Position numbers and translations under genes: made by a program. The notes under the pieces are model-generated. The model was not told the DNA's origin and did no database searches. It saw nothing but the letters and a program-made list of their open reading frames with translations. From Felis catus (taxonomy: Eukaryota), in the NCBI RefSeq assembly GCF_018350175.1, contig NC_058369.1, positions 3,598,001-3,662,000 on the forward strand: a stretch of DNA of 64,000 nucleotides, read 5' to 3'. Within the stretch, counting starts at the first letter, position 1. Every line of letters starts with the position of its first letter. Positions 50,561-63,476 of the stretch are shown one piece after another.

Positions 50561-52153
50561 TAGCACATATACTCTCCCCGCCCCTCGTCCGGTCCCGCTT
50601 CACGTCTCCACAGAAACCTCAAATGCCTGAGCCAGGAACAAAGGCTCCACTCGCAGATCGACATACCGGGCAGGAAGCTGGCACTCCAGTCCGTAGCGTT
50701 TGGGCTTTTAACTCTGCCTGCCCGGTTTTTTCAAGCTCCCCTCCCAATGATTTCTAGAGAAAGAAGTTGGAGGTGGCCAATGGAGGACGGATGAATTTCG
50801 AGGAAGAGCCTCGAATCGCTTACTCAGACGCTGGGATGGAAGGGAGCAGGTTTTTTCTTTGAAACACACGCCGCTGGCCCACGGCCTGTACCTATTTAGA
50901 GTTTGACCCCACAGAATCTGTTTTCTGGAAATTTGGATCCGCTCGTTCAGAGTCCGGAGATGGCGCTTGCTCGCCAGGAATTTCCGCCGCTCTGGGCCCG
51001 CTGTGCAGAGCGAGCGGGACGTTGTGCTTTCCACGGGTCTGCGGGCCCCGCTTCTCCGTCTCCTTTCTTCTCGCTCTCTCCCTGGGCCCCTGGTGGCCTT
51101 TAAAATGGCCACCCTTGCTTTCCCAGCTGCCCACACTTGGGACGCTTTCTCCAGGGGCAGCAGGGGGGTTTCCGTTTTTGTCGCTATCTCTGGGGAGATG
51201 GCACGTCCTGTGAGTGGGATTTCCCTGGGCGTGGGATAAGATAGCACGACACCAAGCGCCAGTCCCATCTGCAGGGGCCATCCCAGAGTTGGGTGCGCGG
51301 TAGGGACAGCGGTGTAGCGACTGTACCGGATTAAAAGTCTTCAGTTGGGGTGCGCGTGCCTGACTTTGTTGTTGCATTTGAAGTGGGTACTGCCGCCATC
51401 TGGTGTCTCGATTGAGAAATCAACACTGCGCCTGGCCCGCCAGGATTTTTGGGGGCTGGGAGGATCCAGCGTGCTTAACACGAAATGAGACCTGATGATT
51501 AATCTCTTGGGCTTGTGGTGCCCTTGGGAGGCCTTTCACCTCCTTCCTGCGACAGGCAGGATGACTTCAATGTCTTAAGAATCTGAGTTAGCCCGCCCTG
51601 CCTGGGGAGGGGAAGCCGGTCCCGCGAACTGGGGGCTTTGGCTGTTCGGTCGCCTGCGACTTCGAAAAAAAGGCAGGGCTGTGAGTGACCGCTGCCGAGG
51701 TGCTGTCTTCCGCCTCCAACGACGGCTCATTTGTGTGGCATCCAGGCTGACTTCTGTTGGCCACTCAGTCTCTTCGTGGAGCGGAGTTTCTGAGAACCTC
51801 CGAAACAGGTCACAGCGTAATTCAGAGGTGGGCTGGATCCTGTCCTCTCAAGTCTGAATAGCTGTGAGCTTCTCCCAGGTGGCGCATGTTACAGTTGTTA
51901 CATTTCAAGCCTGCAGAAAAGTCACATGAGCCATGAACACCTAAGCACCCGCCCCTGGGCCTTCCCACGGACGCTTCTCTGCATTTGCGTCTCCATATTC
52001 GCGTTGTTGCCGTTTGCTCTGCCCTCCTCTCTGTCCACCAAGCCACTGTGTGTTTTGGAACTCGTTTCAAACTAGGTTGCAGACGCTAGTTCACGCTCTC
52101 TCTAAATAGTTGAGCACGCCTGTCATTAGAGTTCAAAATCAGTTTGTGTGTGG

Positions 52154-52188
<35 letters not shown>

Positions 52189-54609
52189 AAGGTGGCATTT
52201 GTATACAGTGAGATAGACGCACCAAAAGCAGACGGACCCTTTGCAGTTTTGACAAATGTCTACGCCCACGTAATCAAACCCCCATCACCCTTCATTCGTA
52301 ATGTGATATCTGATCCACACAGAAGTCCTTACAACTCCTGTGTCAGTTATAAAGCGGGACGCTAACACGAACACCTGCGGGCGTTAGACACGTATGTTGT
52401 ACCTTTAATTTTCAGGATGTCAGCGACGAGAGACGGGCCCCACTCGGCAGCTTTGTGAGGGAATGTGTCGTCACTTCTGGCTTCCGGATAAGGAAGCCGA
52501 GCCTGGAGCGTGATGCAACTTCCCCAAGGATGCAGGGCGAGGCCCTGGCCTGGCTGCCGGGAGGTGTGGACAGCGACGGGGCGGGGGGGAGGACGGGGAC
52601 AAAGGCCTATATAGCAGCACCTCAGTGAGTCAAGTCTGCAAACAGACCAAGCTAACAGGTGATAGAAAGCCGCGCAGTTTCCAGTGGGGGCAAGACTGCT
52701 GTTTTCACAGAATGTTCTAGAGTCTTTGTAATCCTTCCTCGCACCCCCCCCCCCCCCAAAGAAACATGTAGTAGTCCAAGGGCTGCAGTGAGGTTGATTG
52801 AGTCGATAAAGCAGAACCTAGTTGAGTCTTTCTCCAGGATATGGGAGGGTTTCGTGGCCGGGTTGTTTAGGCTGAATAGGTTGGCGGTTATGTCGCTTGA
52901 TTGGCGGAAATGCAAGAAGGCGGAATGGGGGCAGGGACTCGGGCGGCAGGCCCAGCCTGGGCAAGGGCGAGAGGCATCTGGCGCCCTTTTTTTTTTTTTT
53001 TTTTTTTTGACTGCCCATGAAAATGACAATGGCTGTCCTTTGTGGTGACTTGAGCTCAGGTGCAGTGCTGTGCTCTTCACATAATCTCCCCACGTTCCCT
53101 GCCCAGGGAAGTGGCTGTTGTGCGGCCTGGTGAGAAAGCGGGGCGGTCACAGCCAGGTCCGGCCAGTTAGCGGTAAAGGTGCAATGAATCCGTGGGCTCT
53201 GGGTTTCTCCCCCTCGGCCTTGCTGACGCCGGTGGGGGGGGGGGGGGCGGCTCGTTCCCTGCATTTGCCGCCACTTGGGAAGTACTGATTTAGTAGATAA
53301 TTTACTTTAGGAAAACAGCTAAATCGGCCTCGCGGGCCTCAAAAGCTGTGCTAAGGACAGTCTGAAGGATCAGTCTGAATGGCGCCCTGAGAACGGCCTT
53401 GCGAGGGTCATTCGTGTCCTCGCACCCCACCAGCTCAAATTGGCTCTTCCTGAACGCTGTCCCCGATTTCCTGAAGGGCAGAGTCAGAGTCGGGCAGCAG
53501 AGTCCTGCCCTTCAGGCTGTTCGAGGCAGGGTCCCCCCCCCCCCCAGCTCCCAGCTGGAGGGCATTCCTGCTAAGCCAGGTCAGCAAACCCCTTATGTAA
53601 ATATTTGTCTCTGTGAGGACTGCTCACCCCTGCCCTTGGAGATCGTATGCAAATGAAGGGGCGTGTCTCAGGAGGAGCCCAATAAAACTTTATTTACAAA
53701 AACAGGTGCAGGCTAGACTGTCACACTGGCTGTAGCCTGCCAGTTACACCCCTCCCCGCCTCCATTCGGGGTCCAGGGTTTCTGTCAGGAACAGCATTGC
53801 CGCGGAATGTACTAGAACAGGTCCCCTAGGACACCGTGTTGCAGAGAGGTTTTCCCGGGGAGGGGTGCGCAAACTGTGTGGCCTCAGGAGTCCCTTGGAC
53901 CCTGTTGAAGAGCCCACGGAGCTACTGGTGATGAGGAGGGGTCGTGCGTGGCCTTGAGGTGCTCATCTGCTGTCCTTGCTCCCCCCGCTGAACCGGGGAG
54001 CCCCGTCCCCTCTGCCGCATCTGGGCTCCGGCTTCACGTGTTTTCTTCTCTCCCATCTCTGTCCGTGTGTCCTGTCTGCATGTCGGGTTGCTGCAGAGCC
54101 CGGAGGCCAAGCAGGGCAGGCAGGTGAGGGGCCAGGGCTGCGCCCCCGGGAAGGGCTGCAGAGCGGTTAGTTTCCTGCTTCCTCCCTCTCCCAGCTCACC
54201 CACAGGCCCTGTCAGTGCTCCCTTCCCTCCTCCAGCTGTGGGTCCAGCTGTGGGTCCCTCCCTCTTGGTATGAGGCTCAAGGCCCACGGTAAGCCCCACC
54301 TCTCGCTGAAATGGCTGCTCCGAGCAGACTGGAGAACCACATCTTGTCAAGCCCTGGGGCGTGTATTTCCTGGCCTCTCGCGCCTCTGGGCAGCACCCTG
54401 CACCCTGAAAAGTAGCCCTTGAGGTTGTCACGAGGGGGCAGAGAGTGGGCAGCAGTGGTAGGCGTGGCAAGTTTTTAATCCCAGTTTCCAACAGGAACCA
54501 GCGTGTTTAGATGTCAAATCGTGGACGTGTTTATTTCGCCCTTGCACGGCATGCGTGGCCGAAAATTCCAAATGTCCAGGAGGCGTACTTGGATTAAAAA
54601 AGAAAGACA

Positions 54610-57600
54610 GTGGCGCCCGGGTGGCTTGGCTGGGCGTCCGAGTCTTGTTGGCTTAGGTCCTGCTCTCACGGTTGTGGGATCGAGCCCCAAGTTAGGCTCT
54701 GTGCTGTCAGTGTGGAGCCTGCTTGAGATTCTCTCTCTCTCCCTCTCAGCCTCTTTGTCCGGCTTGCTTTTGCTCTCTCTCCCTCTAAAAAAAGAGAGAG
54801 AGAGAGACAGACAGACATAAATACTGTGGGTAGTTTTGCCTAGACCTGAATTGTCACTTGTGGAGTTATCGGCCCCAAACCATGTATACATGTTCTAGAA
54901 TAGGCAGTTCGAGGGATTTTTCAGTGCAGAGTTTGGTTCTACGAGATGTTAACTTCGAGTTTAATTTTAACGTTAGGACTGCTACCATGAGGTGCAGATC
55001 ACCTGTCGTTCGGCTTTTGTACTTTTTATTCATGCCATCAGCCTCCGCTGGAACTTTAGGATCCCCCTTTTTTTTCTTTTTTTAAGATTTTATTTTTAAG
55101 TGATCTCTATATCCAGCGTGGGGCTCAAACTCACAACCCTGAGATCAAGAGTCGCACGCTCCACCCACTGAGCTGGCCAGAGGCTCTGGAATTTTAGGAT
55201 CTTGAAAACGAATCCAAACGTGGAATGTTCCAGCACCTGATGCCGAACACGTTGGCATGAGGCAGGCCTGGGCCCAGCCTCTCTGCCCCATGGTTCCTGA
55301 ACAGAACGTTTGTGCACAGCTTTGGGCAGGCAAGGTGGAGGGGGAGGGGCACACAACGCATACCTTCTCTTACAGCAGATACTTGCGCAAGCTTCCTGCG
55401 GACTGCGGGGGCCCTGCTGGAAGGTTCCAGAAGTGGCCTCAGGAAGCAGCCAGACCAGCTTGTGAATTATGCGCTATGCCACCTCCCGCCCGCAGCCCGA
55501 ATGCCCCTTTCCCTGCCCTATTTGTGCCTCTGTCTGTGTCCTTGCTCCTGCACGGTCAGGGCTTCCTGACCCCTTGTGGACCCTAGGGGCCCGGTTGTGC
55601 TCTCCCTGGTTCCAGCTCTCTCCCACCGGCTCTCCCTTGTCCGGAGCCCAGCATGAGGCTTGATCTCATGGCTGTGAGGACATGACCTGGATCTTAGGTT
55701 CTCTGCACCATTAAAAGGAAGGTTCAGAGATTTCTAGTACACCCTGCCTCCCACGTACACTCCCCTCCCCCCCAGCTGTCGGCATCCCCGCTAGGGTGAC
55801 ATGTCTGTTACGTTCAACGCATGGGTGACGTCAGGGTTCTTTCCTGGCGTGCGTTCTGCGGGTTTGGACACGTGTGGCGATACGTACCCGCCACTGTGGA
55901 TCAGAGGGGCCTCGCTGCCCTGAAACTGAACTTGGTGCCACACCTGCTCAGTCCCTCCTCCCCCAGCCCCTGCTGTCTCTGTGGCTTTGCCTTTTCCACA
56001 ATGTCCCAGAGCTGGAATCATACAGTACCCGCCTTTCTTGGACTCCTTTTCTCCCTTAAAAAAAACACAAATAAATAAAAGACAGCTTTATTGAGATGTG
56101 ATTCACATACCACACCGTTCACTCCCTAAAGTGCACAGTCTAGAGCTTTTGACTATATTCACAGCATGGTGCATCTGTCACCACAGTCAAGGTTAGAACA
56201 TTCCATCGCCCCAGACAGAAGCCCCGTCCTTGGGGTGCCTGGGTGGCTCCGTCGGTTAGGCATTCGACTTCCGCTCAGGTCATGATCTCACGGTTTGTGG
56301 GTTCGAGCCCCGCGTCGGGCTCTGTGCTGATAGTTCAGAGCCTGGAGCCTGCTTCGGATTCTGTCTCCCTCTCTCTGCCCCCCCCCCCATTCTCGTTTTT
56401 TCTCTCAAAAATAAAAAACCTCCAAAAAAAAAAAAAAAGAAGCCCCATCCCTACTAGCTGTCGCTCCCTCCCCCCTCCCCTGGCACCCAGGAGTCCCCTT
56501 CCTGTCCCTGGAAGAGCCTGTTCTGGACTCACACCCCGTGTGGACTCTCGTCTCTGGTTCCCTCTCTGAGCATCAGGTGTTCAGGGTCTGTCCGCGGGGC
56601 AGCGGGTGTGGGCGCCTCGCTCCTGCCGAGTGACGTGTTCGTGCGCGGCAGACGCGTTGTGTGTATCCGCCCCCCCCCCCCACCCCAGGTTGATGGACGC
56701 TGGGTTGTTTCCGCCCTTAGGCTGCTGTGAGCCTGGCTGCTGTGCATATGGGTGTGCAGGTTGACCGGTCTGGTCTCTTCCTTCCCATCTGTGTCCCCTC
56801 TACCCATTGTCCTGTGCTGGCCCGGTGATGGAGGGCCGGCATCATGTCTCCCCGACCCTGGCCTTCCCGTGGCACGTGGGCAGGGCTGGGCACATGGGAG
56901 GCTGCACCCTCGTGCCAGGTGAACAGGTGGGGGGAGCGGGGTCGCGGAATTCCCTGTGGCCGCAGGCGGGCGTTAATGTGTCCAGGTGCATCCTCCCGGG
57001 GGAGCGGGGTGATCATTCATCAGATTCTCCGGCCTGTGACCGGTAAAGAAAAGACTAGCAGCCAGCGCAGCAGGGGCTTTGGGCCCTGAGCCGCGCTTTG
57101 GTGTGAGGCATCGCCCGCCACCTGGCCTTGGAGCCACCACTTCCGGCACATCGGGAAGGAAGGAAAGTTGATTCGTGTCTGCTGTCCTTTGTCTCCCTCT
57201 TCTTCTTTAGGACACTGCCTCTGAACCAGCGAGTGCTGCCCTCAGGGGACGGTGGGCGGTGTCTAGGGACGTCTGTGGTTGGCAGGGAGCGTGCGGGGTC
57301 GGGACTGCCGCTCCCCCGTGGTGCCCAGGAGGGTCCTGCAGGGAACAGTCCGGCCCCATGTGTCCGCAGTGCAGAAACCTGCCTTGGGGCATCGGGATAG
57401 ACCTAGATGCACCGAGGGTCCTTGCTGGGAGCTGGCGGAGCGCCCCGGGACAGTTTCTAGCAAAAGACAACTCCTTGGCCTTTTGAGCCACCGGGATGCG
57501 GCTCAGAAGGTAAAACTCCTTCACGCGCCCTTGCCGGGACGCGCCCAGGGTGGCCCACGGGAGTTGGCTGGCAGGGAGGGTTTGCTAGCAGGGACTCCGG

Positions 57601-58450
57601 TGGGCAGAGGGGCCGAGCGAGAGCCAGAGCCTCCAAAGGAACTGCTGACTGTTGGGTGTGTGCATCGGTGCATCTAGGACGGGGTCTCCTCAGCACCGGG
57701 GACACGGGGGCTGGGTCGCTCCCTGTTGTGAGGGCCTCCCCGGCCCCGCCCGCTCATGCTGGGAGCACCCCGGTTGTGACAACCGAAACGATCCCAGGTC
57801 TCGTCGAGTGTCCCCTGGGGACAGGATCACCCTGAGCGAGACCCCCTTGGTTAGGGGGTTCCATTCACCCCCAGGAGTCTCTGCGTTCTGTAACGGCCTG
57901 ACCTTCTGATGTCCTGGGACGCTGCACACGTTTAAATACACACGCCGAGTGGAGGGAGAGAGGGGGTGACTCGCAGACACCGGGGCTCACCCTGCTTTGG
58001 ACCGTGTGACCACTCCCTGCGGGGAGTGGCTGCGCTGCCCAGTGTGGGCAGGGCCTGCGCTCCCATTTTTCCCCCCAAATTACTAGCGCGGAGTTTCTCT
58101 GCCTTCACACCATAGACACTTTTGAGCCAGGGAACCTCACCCAGCGTTCCCTGGAGGGCAGAATTGCCCTCCGTTTAGAACCAGCGATAAAGGTAACGCG
58201 TTTTTATTGTGATAAAAGTTACGAAAGACAGAATATTAAGAAAACCTCCCTGGGGCTCCTGGGTGGCTCAGTCGGTTAACCGTCCGGCTCGTGATTTCAG
58301 CTCAGGTCGTGATCTCACGGTTCGTGAGTTCGAGCCCCGCATTGGGCTCTGCGCTAATGGTCCAGAGCCTGCTTGGGAGTCTCTCTCCTCTCTCCCTGCC
58401 TCTCTCCGGCTCCCTCTCTCATAATACATAAACGTTCAGAAAAAAAGAAA
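54610..58450. mobile_element. Repeats in the long UHRF1 intron: CAN-SINEs (54610-54790 +, 55068-55180 -, 56231-56440 +, 58251-58450 +), L1 3' fragment (56080-56760 -) and MER20-like MITEs (about 57230-57390 and 57670-57850)
   Basis: Recognisable consensus pieces; TSD agaagcccc around the 56231 SINE. Confidence 0.75.
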
Positions 58451-58729
58451 GAAAACCTCTCCTGACATGGGAGGTTATGCTGTGTGTTCACAGAACGTTC
58501 GCCGTATGACACAGGGAATATCTTTGGAGGCGTAAGGGCCCCGAGGGAAGGGGTGACAGCGTGCACCCCCCGGGAGTTGATAGGTCGTGTCGTCCCGTAA
58601 TCTCAGCTAGATCCTGGCCTCCGCGAGGGCAGGTGTGGTACCGTGCTTGTGGCGGAGTCCTGCCTGGCACCGGGAGGGCGAGGGCAGGTGTCTGGCGGGC
58701 CAGTGACCTTGGCCTCCGTGTCTCTGCAG

Positions 58730-58993
58730 ATGGAGGACGGCCACACTCTCTTCGACTATGACGTCCGCCTGAACGACACCATCCAGCTCCTGGTCCGCCA
58801 AAGCCTGGTGCTCCCCCCCAGCAGCAGCAAGGAGAAGGACTCTGAACTGTCAGATACCGATTCTGGCTGCTGCCTGGGCCAGAGCGAGTCGGACAAGTCC
58901 TCCAATAGCGGCGAGGCGGCCTCGGAGGCGGACGGGAAGGCGGGCTTAGCGGATGAAGACGTGTGGGACGAGACGGAGCTGGGTCTGTACAAG
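58730..58993 (+). CDS. UHRF1: UHRF1 coding exon 2 (UBL end and linker with DSG motif)
   Basis: [25 protein letters not shown]...[18 protein letters not shown]...DETELGLYK|gtggg; 264 nt. Confidence 0.96.
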
Positions 58994-59439
58994 GTGGGTC
59001 TCGCGCAGAAGGTTTGGGGCTGAATGTGCTCCCCGCCCCCCGCCCGGCCAGTCTCTCCGCCCCCAGGCTGCCGGGCAGCCTGCCCCCCTGCCCCTCCGCC
59101 CCTCCATCGTCCCTGGCTTCCCAGGTGCCCACCTGCGGTCCCAGGAGGGCGGGCAGGCTGCTCATTCCCTGGGCTGGGCCCCCGGTCCTGCCGTGAAAAT
59201 CGCCAGTGGGTGGGCTCCTGGAGCATCCCTGTGGGAACAGAATATTCCAGCATTCCCTTGTGATCCTGCGTGGTGAGTGTTGTGTCCGGGTTGTGCGGGG
59301 GTCTTCTGTGCCCTTCCCAGGGGCCGCAAAACCCCTGAATTCGCTGCCACCCTTGAGGTCAGCCAGCATCACATAAAGATCCGGGTTCCCAGCTTATCTT
59401 GAAAGACGGGCGTTCTGGCCTCCCCGGGACTGCAAAGCA

Positions 59440-59630
59440 GAGGCGATTCTGCCCCCAGGGGACACTTGGCGACACCTGGGGACGTCTGTGGCTGTCCCCG
59501 CTCCGGGTGCTCCTGGCATCGACAGGCGGGGGGCCGGGGATGCTGCTCAGTCCCCGACAGCACCTGGGACACCCCCGCTTGGAGGGCGACCGGGCCCCAA
59601 TGTCGGCGGTGCCGCAGCCAAGGAATCCTG
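59440..59630 (+). mobile_element. MER20-like hAT MITE, GC-rich (other copies at about 27520-27730, 32720-32910, 33395-33520, 43960-44050)
   Basis: gcgattctgcccccagggggacacttggc...tgctcctggcatc...ggggatgctgct. Confidence 0.65.
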
Positions 59631-59745
59631 TTGTGGGCACTTGGGTCTGATCCCGGTCCCGAGGTCCCGGGTGCCCGAGAGACTGCGGCGTCTGTGGTCA
59701 GCGTGGCCGATCGGACTAGTGTCCTCGGTTTCTTGCCCCTGGCAG

Positions 59746-59906
59746 GTCAACGAGTATGTGGATGCTCGGGACACGAACATGGGGGCGTGGTTCGAGGCGC
59801 AGGTTGTCAGGGTGACCAGGAAGGCACCTTCCCAAGACGAGCCCTGCAGCTCTACCTCCAGTGTGACGCCCGAAGACGACATCATTTACCACGTCAAATA
59901 TGACGA
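59746..59906 (+). CDS. UHRF1: UHRF1 coding exon 3 (tandem Tudor domain)
   Basis: [24 protein letters not shown]...[12 protein letters not shown]|gtgagt; 161 nt. Confidence 0.96.
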
Positions 59907-61259
59907 GTGAGTGGCACCGAGGGTGGCTGGGCCGGGGCGTTGGCTCCGTGTATGTGGGGCCTGGAGGTTGGCACCACCCACGCCAGCAAACCACACAGGA
60001 GGCCACCCCTCGAGGAGCCACGTCTCGGGGACCCACAGCCAGGCGGACCCCCTCCTCCTCGGGTCATCTAGTTGGAAAGGTGCCCCCCCACCCCACTTCC
60101 TGTTTTATTCTGTTCGTGCCTTGTGTCGCCACTGCATGAACCGGCTCCCGAGTCTCTCGTCTGTCCCTCACTGAAGTGCACAAGTACTTAGTGAGCGCTT
60201 ACTGTGTGCGAGGCACGGGGAGTCCCTGTCTGTCACAGAGAGGACCTCGGATGTGCTCCTTGGGTGTCTTGAGTGGTCGTCACAAGACCGCACAGGCTGG
60301 ACGGCTACATGTCACAGTTCTGGAGGCTGCAGATCCCAGATCACGGGGCTGGCAGGGTCTTCCTGGCTTTTGGATGGCCGCCTTCCCACTGTGTCCTCAG
60401 GCAGCCGGTCCTTTGTGGGGCCAAGAGAGAGCCCTGGTGTCTCCTTCTCGAAGGACTCCAGTCCCGTCAGACTAGAGCCCCACCTTTATGGCCTCTCTTA
60501 ACGCTGCTCCCCTCACTGGAGACCCCACCTCCACGTGCAGTCACATCAGGGCTTAGGGCTCCGACCTGGGGACTTTGGGGGACACGTCTCCTTCCGTAAC
60601 AGAGGGCGTGTGCCTCCCCAGGGAGTTTACATTCCGGGGGGGGGATGTGGGGGCCCCATCGGCTTCCCTGCCGGTTTCTGGCACATCCTCCCTTCACTCT
60701 GCAAAAACCACTGGGAGAGTTGGAGGAAGGAGTCCGTCCCTGCAGGACCTGCGGCCTCTCGGAGGGGGTTACACACTGCGGCCTTCGGGCCGCGTCCCCA
60801 GCCCTATGCCGCCCGGATTTGTGAAGAAGGCTTTATCAGAGCACATCAACGCCCGTTTCTTTATATATTGGCTGTGGCTGTTTTGCTTGTATAGAGTTGG
60901 GTAGTTATAAACCTTAGAATATTCACTGTCTGACCCTCGGGGAAAGTTGGGCAACCCTCGTTCTCGAACATTTGCTGGAGAAAAGGGGGCACGAGGTGCT
61001 GCGGGCAGTCGTGATAGATCTAGGGATTCCCCTTCAGCTGAGGTGTGACCTCGTTGTTGGCAGAATGTTTCTTTCAGCCCAATTACTTTATGCCTTATTC
61101 GAGGCTGCTAGAATATTCTCGCATGTTGGGAATAATGACTTCCTATTGTAACGAGGTAAGCCCCTCTCCATAAACCCCTCCCGGTAGAGGCACGGGGAGG
61201 CAGGCAGCAGTCTTTTGCCTCCACAGATGTCCTCTGTAGTAAGCCCTGGGGCGGGGGGT

Positions 61260-63050
61260 GCTGCCCCAACAAAGTACGTGGCACTGCTGAGTGGCTTCTA
61301 GTAACAGAAGTTGGTGCTCTCCCCGCTCTGGACTCCAGAAGTCCACAATCAAAATCACGGGGCCGGCAGGGCGGCGCTCCCTCCGGAGGCTCTAGGGAAG
61401 CATCCTTCTTTGCTTCTTAGAGCTCCTGGTGGCGGCTGGCAGTCCTTGGCCTGTGTCCGCGTCCCTCCAGTCTTTGGCTCTGTCTTCACACGTCACTCTC
61501 CTGTCTGTCAAAGTTCCTCTTCTTCTTGTTTTGTTTTTTTCTTTTTTTTTAATGTTTATTTATTTTTGAGAGAGAGAGAGACAGAATGTGAGTGGGGCAG
61601 GGGCAGAGAGAGAGGGAGACGCAGAATCCGAAACAGGCTCCAGGCTGAGAGCTGTCAGCACAGAGCCCAACGCGGGGCTCGAACACAAAACCGTGAGATC
61701 ATGACCTGAGTGGAAGTCGGACGCTTAACCGACGGAGCCACCCAGGCACCCCTGTTTTTAATTTTTTTAAAAGTTTTTTTTTTTTTTCAACGTTTATTTA
61801 TTTTTGGGACAGAGAGAGACAGAGCATGAACGGGGGAGGGGCAGAGAGAGAGGGAGACACAGAATGGGAAACAGGCTCCAGGCTCTGAGCCATCAGCCCA
61901 GAGCCCGACGCGGGGCTCGAACTCCCGGACCGCGAGATCGTGACCTGGCTGAAGCCGGACGCTTAACCGACTGCGCCACCCAGGCGCCCCTAATTTTTTA
62001 ATGTTTTATTTAGTTTTGAGAGAGACAGGGAGACAGAGCGTGAGCAGGGGAGGGGCAGAGAGAGAGACAGAGAGAGACAGGGAGAGAGAGGGAGACACAA
62101 AATCCCAGGCAGGCTCTAGGCTCTGAGCTGTCAGCACAGAGCTTGACATGGGGTTCGAACTCAAAAGTCACAAGATCAGGACCTGAGCCCAAGTTGGTTG
62201 CTTAACTGACTGAGCTGTCCGGGTGCCCTCCCCCCCCTTTTTTAAATGTTTATTTAAAAAAAAATTTTTTTTTTAACGTTTATTTATTTTTGGGACAGAG
62301 AGAGACAGAGCATGAACAGGGGAGGGGCAGAGAGAGAGGGAGACACAGAATCGGAAACAGGCTCCAGGCCATCAGCCCAGAGCCCGACGCGGGGCTTGAA
62401 CTCACGGACCGCGAGATCGTGACCTGGCTGAAGTCGGACGCTTAACCGACTGCGCCACCCAGGCGCCCCTAATGTTTGTTTATTTTTGAGAGAGAGAGAG
62501 AGAGAAACAGGAGCAGGGAGAGAGGGAGACACAGAATCCAAACGAGGCTCTGGGCTCCTAGCTGTCAGCACAGAGCCCGATGCAGGGCTCGAACCCACAA
62601 ACCGTGAGATCGTGACCTGAGCCAAAGTCAGACGCTTACCTGACTGAGCCACCCAGGCGCCCTATTTTTTTTTTTTAATTTTAAATGTTTATTTATTTTT
62701 GAGGAGATGGGGGAAGTTGGGCAGAGAGGGAGGGAGACAGAATCCAAAGCAGGCTCCAGGCTCAGAGCTGTCAGCACAGAGCCCGACGCAGGGCTCGAAC
62801 CCACGAACGTGAGATCATGACCTGAGCCAAAGTTGGTCGCTTAACTGAGCCACCCAGGCGCCCCGTGTTGTATTTCCTCTTCTTAATAAGGACACCGGTC
62901 ATTGCATTTAGGGCCCCCCCCCCCAGTGTTGACCTCCTCTTAACTTGATGACATCTGCAGAGACCCTATTTCCAAGTGATCCCCTTCCCAGGTACCAGGG
63001 ATTAGTACTCCCACATGTCTTTTTGGGGGACACACAGTTGAACCCACAAC
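61260..63050 (-). mobile_element. MLT1-type LTR split by six tandem same-strand CAN-SINEs (61540-62864)
   Basis: LTR pieces at 61260-61530 and 62865-63050 flank six SINE copies. Confidence 0.75.
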
Positions 63051-63260
63051 ACCTTCTGTAATCGGGGTGTGTCTTCTCTGGCTGTGTATTTTCCATACCC
63101 GCCAAGGAGATTGTTGGGGAGGGGACTTCACAGGCCACCGTGATCAAGGTGACCCAAACCCACGCTGGCACAGCCTTTTCTGCGTCGGCTTCTATCTCCT
63201 TCCCCGGGGAGTGAAGTCGGGTGTTCCCCCCGGGATCTGAGCATGGGGTTTTCCTCCTAG

Positions 63261-63476
63261 CTACCCGGAGAATGGAGTGGTCCAGATGAGTCCCCGCGAC
63301 GTGCGGGCCCGTGCCCGAACCATTCTGCAGTGGCAGGAGATAGAGGTCGGCCAGGTGGTCATGCTCAACTATAACCCCGACAACCCCAAGGAGCGTGGCT
63401 TCTGGTACGACGCGGAAATCCTGCGCAAGCGTGAGACGCGGACGGCACGGGAGCTGTATGCCAACGTCAGGCTCGG
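63261..63476 (+). CDS. UHRF1: UHRF1 coding exon 4 (tandem Tudor domain); gene continues beyond the window
   Basis: (D)[71 protein letters not shown]; cctag| ... GG|gtgagt; 216 nt. Confidence 0.96.

Noticed and set aside
53590..53655. Octamer ATGCAAAT in a UHRF1 intron
   Set aside because: A single 8-mer is expected by chance in 64 kb and there is no supporting context.
58488..59372. 294-aa minus-strand ORF, and similar antisense ORFs over PLIN3 and ARRDC5 exons
   Set aside because: Antisense shadows of GC-rich exons with no independent coding evidence.
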